From: an uncultured Chthoniobacterales bacterium
GTDB lineage: Bacteria > Verrucomicrobiota > Verrucomicrobiia > Chthoniobacterales > CALDSX01
DNA length: 50,120 bases
Assembly: GCA_937924445.1 (NCBI GenBank)
Contig: CALDSX010000003.1
Location: 1 to 50,120 of the forward strand
Direction of reading: 5' to 3'
The position numbers and the translations under genes are program-made. The notes beneath the pieces were generated by a model that was not told the DNA's origin, ran no database searches, and was given only the letters and a program-made list of their open reading frames with translations. How positions within the stretch are numbered: the first letter of the stretch is position 1; each line of letters begins with the position of its first letter. This document shows positions 19,550 to 27,122 of the stretch, piece by piece.

Positions 19550-19702
19550 CGGAGGGGGGAGGGTGGGTTCAGCGTGTATCTCGGGCTGCTGCGCCGGGTC
19601 GGTCACCCAACGGACGTGGCAGACCAAACTGGGCTGGGGGGCCGTGGCGCGTCATCCGCAAGGCTGAACGAGACGAGAGAGGAGTCTCGCTTCCAATCTG
19701 TT

Positions 19703-20737
19703 TTAGTAGGCTGCTTGAGCACCTTTAATATTTTTTGGCTTGATCCATGGCATAAGTGCGCGAAGCCTGGCTCCAACTTTTTCTATGGGGTGCTTTTCGG
19801 CAGACTTAAGAAGGGCTTTGTAGGTCTTATAACCGCTCTCATATTCGGCAATCCAACCTTTGGCAAACTTACCGTTTTGAATATCCTTTAAGGCCGCTTT
19901 CATTCTGCGCTTGACGCCTTCGTCTATAATTTTTGGGCCGACAGTCACGTCACCCCACTTGGCTGTCTCCGAAATAGAGAAACGCATGCCGGCAATACCT
20001 GATTCGTTGATCAAATCTACGATCAACTTGAGTTCGTGGAGGCACTCAAAGTAGGCCATCTCCGGAGAATAACCAGCTTCGACAAGTGTTTCAAAACCGG
20101 CTTGGATGAGAGCGGTTAAGCCTCCACAGAGAACAGTCTGCTCACCAAAAAGGTCGGTCTCGGTTTCTTCTTTGAATGTGGTCTGAAATACCCCTGCTCG
20201 AGTGCCACCAATGCCTTTTGCCCAGGCAAGAGCGATTTTGCGCGCTGTCTTTGCGGGGTCCTGATGAATGGCAATAAGGCTCGGAACACCTTTCCCTTCC
20301 TCAAACATCCGTCGGACGATATGTCCTGGCCCTTTGGGAGCAACCAGAGCCACACCAATATCCGCAGGCGGCATCACGGTTTTGTAATGTATAGAGAAGC
20401 CGTGCGAGACAAGCATCGTCTGCCCAGCGCGAAGGCTCGGAGCAATGTCCTTGGCAAAAACGGTCGCATGACGTGTGTCGGGAATAGCCAGAAGGAACAC
20501 TTCAGAACGTCGGACAGCCTCGGAAGTATCAACCACCTCAAATCCTTTCGCTTTGGCAACCTCGACGGACTTGCTCCCTCGATACAGACCGATAATCACC
20601 TCAAGACCGCTGTCTTTGAGGTTCATCGCATGGGCATGTCCCTGGGAACCAAAACCAATAACGGCACAAGTTTTTCCTTTGAGCGGGTCAAGTGAGGCAT
20701 CTTTGTCGGTAAGAACTTTTGATGGCATAGATTTCAA
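19703..20737 (-). CDS. ilvC: ketol-acid reductoisomerase (class I)
   Basis: 344 aa. [21 protein letters not shown] motif and conserved C-terminal knotted-domain residues. Confidence 0.97.
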   Translation of the reverse strand: MKSMPSKVLTDKDASLDPLKGKTCAVIGFGSQGHAHAMNLKDSGLEVIIGLYRGSKSVEVAKAKGFEVVDTSEAVRRSEVFLLAIPDTRHATVFAKDIAPSLRAGQTMLVSHGFSIHYKTVMPPADIGVALVAPKGPGHIVRRMFEEGKGVPSLIAIHQDPAKTARKIALAWAKGIGGTRAGVFQTTFKEETETDLFGEQTVLCGGLTALIQAGFETLVEAGYSPEMAYFECLHELKLIVDLINESGIAGMRFSISETAKWGDVTVGPKIIDEGVKRRMKAALKDIQNGKFAKGWIAEYESGYKTYKALLKSAEKHPIEKVGARLRALMPWIKPKNIKGAQAAY

Positions 20738-20791
20738 TAGATATGGTGAGGTGTGAGTAGAACAGATTTAAGAAAACGCACGGAAAATTAT

Positions 20792-21262
20792 TTAGCGCGG
20801 CAACGCGATTTTGCCTGTCCGTGCAAGGTCAAAAAGCCCAAAAGGTTCGATCAGAGAGAGAAACTTACCCACATTCTCCTCTTCAGAAGTAATTTCTATC
20901 GTCAAATGTTCGTGCGACACATCAATAATTTCCGCGTGAAAAAGCTCACAGATTTGAATAATCTCAGAGCGTTCTTTGGGGCCCGCCTTGACTTTGAGCA
21001 GAACAAGTTCGCGATCAATAAACCCGGCATCCCCAAGATCTTGAATGTCAATAACATCCACGAGTTTGTAGAGCTGTTTGGTCACTTGATCAAGCACCTT
21101 GTCGTCTCCACGAACAACAATGGTCATACGAGAATGTTTCGGGTTCCCAGTTGGGCCAACGTTTAAGGTATCAATGTTAAAGCCACGCCCGCTGAACATC
21201 CCGGCAACTCGCGCTAGAACGCCGAAACGATTTTCAACTAGAACAGACAGAGTGTGGCGCAT
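20792..21262 (-). CDS. ilvN: acetolactate synthase small (regulatory) subunit
   Basis: 156 aa. ACT domain MRHTLSVLVENRFGVLARVAGMFSGRGFNIDTL. Directly upstream of ilvC. Confidence 0.95.
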   Translation of the reverse strand: MRHTLSVLVENRFGVLARVAGMFSGRGFNIDTLNVGPTGNPKHSRMTIVVRGDDKVLDQVTKQLYKLVDVIDIQDLGDAGFIDRELVLLKVKAGPKERSEIIQICELFHAEIIDVSHEHLTIEITSEEENVGKFLSLIEPFGLFDLARTGKIALPR

Positions 21263-21649
21263 AAGTCTTTAATAAAGTAGCTGATAATGTTCCGAAGAAT
21301 CGCCGGGCGTCAACGCGAATCTTTATTTCTTAAAAAGGAGCGAGTTCCGGACGATTGCGAGCAGAACCAATCGACAATTTTCTCTCTCATAAATCAGGCT
21401 TTGCGGCGGGCCAGTGCCTGAGTTTTCTCCATCCCCGATCTAAAGCTTAGAACCGGAAGCGACAGCCGACATTCCCCAGAGGCTTCCTCATTAGATATTT
21501 TTTGGGGGACATGTGGTCGAGAGGGTGTCCATCGAAATTTTGAAAAAATTTATTGCTTCTAAAGGTCGTTTCTGATGGACTGACAAAAGCTCTGTCTGAT
21601 TTTGTATTAGAAGGGCAAAGTCACACAAACCAACAAATCAAAATTCTAT

Positions 21650-22180
21650 ATGAACAGAAAGCGAACAATTCTTTCCGTCCTGGCCTCTGCCGTTCTGGGA
21701 AGTTCACTTCAAACGGTCAAAGCGGATCCTGCACAGGCGGAGGATGATGCATATCGTATGGCTGTTGTTTATACAGCTCGTGGCTTCGCCATGTCTCCGA
21801 CTAACCATAACGGCGTCGGTGGGTCCGGTTACACGGTGAGGTTTCTTATTCCAGTGAGTCGAGGTCTCGATTACGTCTTTCTCGTCGGTCGGGATCGTTT
21901 CGCTCTCGATATTGACGTTTATGTCTATGACGAAGTTGGCAATCTTATTCTGGATGACCGACGCCCACCATCCCGTGGAGGTTCCCGTGCTGGCGTACAG
22001 TTCCGCGCCAGCTACAATGGCACTGTCCAAGTTTATGTGCATCTCGCACGCTGCGAAGGCATGGGCTCTTATGCCGTGCTGGTCGGCCGTCGCGGTGTAT
22101 CGGACGGCAAAGCTGGTCCGACTTCAATCAATGAACCGCTGCCAAACGTCTCTGACCCAGTCCCCGGACCTGGAAACTAA
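21650..22180 (+). CDS. secreted hypothetical protein (PPC-like beta-sandwich pattern)
   Basis: Signal peptide MNRKRTILSVLASAVLGSSLQTVKA. The pattern LDYVFLVGRD..ALDIDVYVYDEVGNLI...NGTVQVYV...GSYAVLVG resembles pre-peptidase C-terminal-type domains. Confidence 0.6.
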   Translation: MNRKRTILSVLASAVLGSSLQTVKADPAQAEDDAYRMAVVYTARGFAMSPTNHNGVGGSGYTVRFLIPVSRGLDYVFLVGRDRFALDIDVYVYDEVGNLILDDRRPPSRGGSRAGVQFRASYNGTVQVYVHLARCEGMGSYAVLVGRRGVSDGKAGPTSINEPLPNVSDPVPGPGN

Positions 22181-22279
22181 ATTTCGACGACTCCAAGTTC
22201 GACACACATAATCTCAATTATTTTCATGTAATCACCAAAACGCCGAAAACATCGAACCAACAAAAACCATACAAATACA

Positions 22280-22501
22280 ATGAAATCACGCACCACAGTC
22301 ATCGCAATTGCCGCTGCCTTCGCGAGCTCGCTTTTGACCTCTTGTACAATGTACAACACCGAAGTTTACAACCCACCGCCGCCGCCCGTTCGCCGATCCA
22401 CAACCACCTACACCAAAGCTCCAGTGGGGGGAGTTTCTACCGGCTCCTCCTCCGCGGAAAGCTTCCAGGCAGTCGAACGCCCAGCCAGCTATTCTTACTA
22501 A
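22280..22501 (+). CDS. small lipoprotein (73 aa), Pro/Thr/Ser-rich
   Basis: Lipobox in MKSRTTVIAIAAAFASSLLTSC. Followed by a GC-rich terminator hairpin. Confidence 0.6.
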   Translation: MKSRTTVIAIAAAFASSLLTSCTMYNTEVYNPPPPPVRRSTTTYTKAPVGGVSTGSSSAESFQAVERPASYSY

Positions 22502-22548
22502 AAAAGCGGCGGGCTGACGCCATGCCTCCTCCCTTAGAGGAACTATTT

Positions 22549-22589
22549 GCCCCCGCGTCGAATCCTACGGCGCGGGGGCTTTCCTTTCC
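22549..22589 (+). terminator. intrinsic terminator after the 73-aa lipoprotein gene
   Basis: 9-bp GC stem GCCCCCGCG / CGCGGGGGC with a 13-nt loop, followed by TTTCCTTTCC. Confidence 0.65.
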
Positions 22590-22612
22590 AAAAATTCCCT
22601 ATTTTTTTAATC

Positions 22613-23275
22613 ATGCGGTTTTCGACTTTCTGCCTCCTCCTTATTCTGGCCGCTCCCACCACTCTTCGAACCGGGCCGCTCCAGGCAAATCCATCCACTT
22701 CTGATTCTGTTGTTGTTTTTAAAAATGACTTTCTTGGCCTGAAAATAGAGATACTAAAAGAATTTTTCGCCAGCGTCGAGACGCTAGATCCTCTCCCGTG
22801 CAAGATTCAAACTGCATCTCAGCTCATCAAAGGCACCATCCGCCAGACAGATATGGGCGATTTTTTGCTTGAATGGGATGGTGGAAGTGCTCGTCTCGAT
22901 TTGGACGCAGCCGGGGCACAACTCCAATTTTTGCTCAAACCAGAAACCGACTCGCTCCGGTATGTTGAGGAACGAATCCGCCTCACCGAATGTCATGCCG
23001 CTGGACGTCAACTTGTCCTCTTCCTCCTTGCCTATGCGGCGGATCACAACGGAACGATGCCCGCCAAACTCAGCGATCTTATTCCCGATTACGTCGAGGA
23101 CAGAGTTTTGATGGATTGCTCTCTCGCTGCCGACCGCTCCAGCCCAGGTTGGAACTACAATCCAAAAACCAAAGAAACAGAGCCATTGCTCGTCTCCAAA
23201 TCCAAAGACAGTCTTGGCCGTCATTTAGAGATTTTTTCCGACGGAACCGTCCGGTTTTCAGAGGTTAGAAAATAG
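22613..23275 (+). CDS. secreted hypothetical protein with an H-X9-DG-like (DUF1559-type) motif
   Basis: ATG 22613 gives signal peptide MRFSTFCLLLILAAPTTL. The upstream in-frame extension covers the terminator hairpin. Motif CHAAGRQLVLFLLAYAADHNGTMPAKLSDLIP resembles the C..NL.Q...A...Y..D.nG..P signature common in PVC bacteria. Confidence 0.65.
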   Translation: MRFSTFCLLLILAAPTTLRTGPLQANPSTSDSVVVFKNDFLGLKIEILKEFFASVETLDPLPCKIQTASQLIKGTIRQTDMGDFLLEWDGGSARLDLDAAGAQLQFLLKPETDSLRYVEERIRLTECHAAGRQLVLFLLAYAADHNGTMPAKLSDLIPDYVEDRVLMDCSLAADRSSPGWNYNPKTKETEPLLVSKSKDSLGRHLEIFSDGTVRFSEVRK

Positions 23276-23447
23276 CTCCACACGTGCGCCCATCTCCTCG
23301 CCATGTGCAGGAGCTAATCACCATACAAACACCGCGCGAATCATTTAATTTTGTCCATTCTATAAAGGTTTTGGTTGCGTGCCATCGAAGAAACACCTTT
23401 TATCAAACTCTGCAACCTGCAGAGAAAGGAGGGGAAAAATTAGCACT

Positions 23448-23576
23448 ATGAAACTCGTAAAAATTTTTTCGGCGATTGCTCTCATTGCGGGCGCTCTCTC
23501 GCTTGGCGCTTGCGCAAGTAAGTCGTCCCAGCAGCCCGCACCAGCTCCTGCCAGCGCCTACGGCTACAGCAAGTAG
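23448..23576 (+). CDS. mini-lipoprotein (42 aa)
   Basis: MKLVKIFSAIALIAGALSLGAC lipobox. AAAGGAGGGG Shine-Dalgarno-like element ends about 13 nt upstream of the ATG. Terminator-like hairpin about 30 nt downstream. Confidence 0.6.
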   Translation: MKLVKIFSAIALIAGALSLGACASKSSQQPAPAPASAYGYSK

Positions 23577-23607
23577 TCCTCGCCAAGCACTGGCCAGGTA
23601 AGTTTTT

Positions 23608-23636
23608 AGCCGGAGCTCCGCCACGGAGCTCCGGCT
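23608..23636 (+). terminator. hairpin after the mini-lipoprotein gene
   Basis: Perfect 13-bp stem AGCCGGAGCTCCG / CGGAGCTCCGGCT with a 3-nt loop. The trailing sequence TATGTCTTC is only weakly T-rich. Confidence 0.5.
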
Positions 23637-23689
23637 TATGTCTTCACGTCTAGCCTTGCCCGCGTCTTAAAACAGGGACATTATCAATT

Positions 23690-24412
23690 ATGGGTGAGGC
23701 ACATGGGAAATCTGTAATCTTATTGAGCGGTGGCATGGATTCCGTCACGGCTTTGCACCACGTTCTGAGGACTGGGTCTGTTGCGGCCGCATTAAGCTTT
23801 GATTACGGAGCCAAACACAACCGGCGTGAACTGGAATTTGCCGCTCTTCAAGCACAAATCTGTAACGTAAGACATATCGTGATACCGTTGCCTTTCCTTC
23901 TGGATCACTTCCAATCGGCTTTGCTTACCGGCGGTGAGCCGATACCGGAAGGGCACTACGAGGAAGCTACCATGCGAAAGACGGTCGTTCCTTTCCGCAA
24001 CGGTATTCTCTTATCCATCGCAGCTGGGGTGGCGGAGAGCCTGGGAGCCAAAGAACTTGTTATCGCCGCCCATGCGGGCGACCACGCAATTTATCCGGAC
24101 TGTCGCCCCGGTTTTCTCAATGCAATGAGCGAAGCCGTCCGGCTTGGCACGTATTCACAAATCGAGTTGCGCCGTCCTTTCGTTTCAATTGACAAAGCTG
24201 CTATTGCCCGAAGAGGAGCGGAGTTGGGGGTCGACTTTTCAAAAACATGGTCGTGTTACGTTGGGGGGCCTATTCATTGCGGACGCTGCGGTACCTGCGT
24301 TGAGCGCAGGGAGGCTTTCCTCCTGGCCGGTCTCACCGACCCCACCGATTATGAATCGCTCGATCCGCTCCCGCCAAAGCCTGTAAATCAATCGCATCAT
24401 GTTGATCTCTGA
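23690..24412 (+). CDS. queC: 7-cyano-7-deazaguanine synthase
   Basis: PP-loop VILLSGGMDS. C-terminal Zn cluster CGRCGTCVERREAF. 240 aa. Confidence 0.95.
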   Translation: MGEAHGKSVILLSGGMDSVTALHHVLRTGSVAAALSFDYGAKHNRRELEFAALQAQICNVRHIVIPLPFLLDHFQSALLTGGEPIPEGHYEEATMRKTVVPFRNGILLSIAAGVAESLGAKELVIAAHAGDHAIYPDCRPGFLNAMSEAVRLGTYSQIELRRPFVSIDKAAIARRGAELGVDFSKTWSCYVGGPIHCGRCGTCVERREAFLLAGLTDPTDYESLDPLPPKPVNQSHHVDL

Positions 24413-25094
24413 GATTTTTTATTCGCTCCAAGGCGAAGGTCGCTTGGCAGGAGTGCCCAGCAGCTTTATTCGAACAGCCGGTTGCAACCTGCGCTGCTCG
24501 TGGTGTGATACGCCTTACGCCTCCTGGTCTCCGGAAGGTAAAGAGATGACAGTCGGTGAAATTGTTGAGAGAGTGCTTCAAAATTGTTCCCGATATTGTG
24601 TCATCACCGGTGGCGAGCCGATGGTGGCCCGCGATATTCGTGTTCTCGCCGCAGCACTCAAAGCACATGGATTCCACCTCACAATCGAAACCGCCGGCAC
24701 CATCTCGCCCGCCGACATCGCCTGCGATCTTGCATCCATCAGTCCAAAACTTTCCAACTCAACCCCACGCCCAAATTCGATCGGTGAGGATTGGATTGAC
24801 CGTCACGAAAAGAATCGTCTGAATTTCGAAGCTTTGCGTGAATGGATCACAAGCTATGATTATCAATTGAAATTTGTTGTCGAAAGCCCAAGCGATATTT
24901 CTGAAATCGAAGCGATACTTCGCCGCATCAAATGCACCATCGTTCCTTCAAATGTTTTACTTATGCCCGAAGGAACAAACAGCTCCGCCCTCCAGGCACG
25001 GCAAAGGGCCATTGCCTCTCTCTGCCTCGACCGCGGATTTCGTTTTTGCGACCGTCTCCATATTCATCTCTTCGGAAACACTCGCGGCACTTGA
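24399..25094 (+). CDS. queE: 7-carboxy-7-deazaguanine synthase (radical SAM)
   Basis: IFYSLQGEG and radical-SAM Cys triad GCNLRCSWCDTPY. Overlaps the queC end. Confidence 0.93.
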   Translation: MLISEIFYSLQGEGRLAGVPSSFIRTAGCNLRCSWCDTPYASWSPEGKEMTVGEIVERVLQNCSRYCVITGGEPMVARDIRVLAAALKAHGFHLTIETAGTISPADIACDLASISPKLSNSTPRPNSIGEDWIDRHEKNRLNFEALREWITSYDYQLKFVVESPSDISEIEAILRRIKCTIVPSNVLLMPEGTNSSALQARQRAIASLCLDRGFRFCDRLHIHLFGNTRGT

Positions 25095-25097
25095 TCC

Positions 25098-25595
25098 ATG
25101 CCATACCGCATCTGCAAAACTCTCGAAATTGAAAACGGCCACATGCTGGCACGCCACCCCGACACCTGCCGCTTCCCTCACGGGCACAGTCGCAGGGTCG
25201 AAATCATTCTTGAAGCCGATCAACTCGATGAAAACGGGATGGTTTGCGATTTCAAAGCGGTCAAATTCGCGGCATGCGCGTTTCTCGAAAAGTTTGACCA
25301 TGCTCTCTGCGTCAATACCGCTGATCCAATGTATCAAACCCTCAAAGAAGCCTACGGGGAGCGTATTATTCCCTTCGAAAACACGGAACCCACGACGGAG
25401 GTTCTGGCCAAAACTTTTTTCGATCATATCTCCAGAGCGCTGGCAGTCGCAGCTACTGATAGCTCATTCCCTTACCCGTTGCGATCTTCTGTCAGACTCG
25501 TCCGGCTGCGAGTCTGGGAAACAAGCACCTCTTGGGCTGAATATTTCGATGCCGCATCTTGTGAAAGCCCAATCGACCCATTGCGGCCAAATTAA
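25098..25595 (+). CDS. queD: 6-carboxy-5,6,7,8-tetrahydropterin synthase
   Basis: PTPS-like N-terminus MPYRICKTLEIENGHML...CRFPHGHSRRVE. 165 aa. Completes the queCED arrangement. Confidence 0.93.
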   Translation: MPYRICKTLEIENGHMLARHPDTCRFPHGHSRRVEIILEADQLDENGMVCDFKAVKFAACAFLEKFDHALCVNTADPMYQTLKEAYGERIIPFENTEPTTEVLAKTFFDHISRALAVAATDSSFPYPLRSSVRLVRLRVWETSTSWAEYFDAASCESPIDPLRPN

Positions 25596-26759
25596 TTCCC
25601 CGTTGGCTTCTTTACGCTCCCCGGAGCCATCCTTGCCTCGACCGTAACCTCTCGCTCGACGCAATGCAAATAGCACGGTTCAATGTTTTTTGTTGTCTTT
25701 TTAAAAGGCATCCTTTGCGGACCGCTCGCAGGATGTGGCAAAGGGATGCTCTCCCAGCCGGAATCATCAAGATCGGCTTCACCTGTGGTGAACTCTGTGA
25801 GAGCTTTCGAGGAAAAGGCCGTGTCAGCCACCGTGTTCGCGATGCCTAAGGTGGTGACGGTTTCGGTCCAAACGACATCTGGATTGCTGCTGCCGGTAGT
25901 GGCGACCGGGCCGCTGGAAAGATTTTAGTTAGTGCACCTATTTCCCTTAAAACGTGCACTGTCTGATCGTGGTGGTGCGGTAGGGAGCCTGCTCTCCGAG
26001 TCATTGTAGGAACTGGATTTTCCCGATCCGAAACCACCCGAGGCTCCTCGCTCTAGTCCTTGGGCCTGAGCGAGGTTTCAGTGCCTGCCAGCCATCCCCA
26101 TACCGCTGCCATACAGGTTTCCTTTCCCTCATCGCCAGTGCCTTGACTTCCGCGGTCGAGCGGAATTTGAGTAAACACCATAACCTTTGTTCATCAAACT
26201 CGCTGATGACTGTCCCTTTGCCCAAACACTCTGCCTCGCGGATACGTCCACTGACTTGAGCGTGGCAGTTTATCGAGAGGTGTGCAGATTTCCGGCAGCC
26301 CTCGTGCTCCTGCCTGTGCTTTAACGGGTAACCCATCATCGTCATTCTGTAACCAGCGACATCTGCTGATCATCCTCTTTCCCTCTGTTGCGACAGACCA
26401 AGCAGCTGCGCTGACGCCGCTTTCGCTTCTGGAATATGTCGAACTGCCCTCATGGTGCGCTCGCGGGGCGAGCAGAATGTGCAAGTGCCTTTTATGTGGG
26501 GGTTCCTAACGGATTTAACCCGGCAAAATCGTACGTGGGTTCTTCGGGTGCCTCGAGATCTGCCCGGTTTACCATGGGCATGCTGAGGTGGTGATCCGGA
26601 GTAAAAAAGAGGAGAAGGGCTGGATCAATTCGTCGGAGAAGTCGGGGGCTTTGTTTTTTCGGGAAAAATAAAAAACATGTTGTTGAGGCGGCCCGACCGG
26701 GGCAAGGCGCATGCGTGGATCGCCCGCCAGCGAGGGGGATTTCTTTTGTTTTAAGTTTC

Positions 26760-27122
26760 TCAATTAGACCCTCTCGGAGGAGAACTCACATTGTCAGGGT
26801 GAATTTTATGAGATTTTCTGGATTTCTTGTCAGGGGAGTTAGCGCTCTTGCATTCACGAATGAGCAGGGGTAAAACATCGGACGGGGTGAGACCTTCAAT
26901 CTCGATGGTTTTTTGGCGAGATGTTTGTCCCGAAACAATCTGTATGTCGGTAGAGCGGATTTTCAGCGTTTGGGCGAGCCATTTAATTAACGCGACATTA
27001 GCCTTCCCATCCAAAGGCGGAGCGGCGAGTTTGACGCGCAGGGAGGAGCCGTCGTCCATGAGACCTTCGCATGAAGTTCGTTTGGCGTTCGGAACGACTC
27101 GCAAAGAAAGGGTTGTTTTCAT
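26760..27122 (-). CDS. DUF167 (YggU) family protein
   Basis: LSLRVVPNAKRTSCEG...LRVKLAAPPLDGKANVALIKWLAQTL fits the DUF167 pattern. ATGA overlap with the recD2 stop. Confidence 0.85.
   Translation of the reverse strand: MKTTLSLRVVPNAKRTSCEGLMDDGSSLRVKLAAPPLDGKANVALIKWLAQTLKIRSTDIQIVSGQTSRQKTIEIEGLTPSDVLPLLIRECKSANSPDKKSRKSHKIHPDNVSSPPRGSN

Noticed and set aside
22547-22612. Upstream in-frame start for the 220-aa secreted protein
   Set aside because: The extension is the terminator hairpin of the preceding lipoprotein gene. ATG 22613 gives a proper signal peptide.
23577-23689. preQ1 riboswitch upstream of queC
   Set aside because: Such riboswitches often precede que operons, but I could not find the conserved preQ1-I/II core in this 113-nt leader, only the terminator hairpin of the upstream gene. 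An Rfam scan would be needed to be sure.
26001-26345. 114-aa ORF as a degenerate HNH or DUF559 endonuclease
   Set aside because: The local resemblances (C..C / H.P, GY.LKHRQ, LLKFRSTAEV) do not keep the spacing required by either family. This is treated as an unassigned remnant inside the coding desert.
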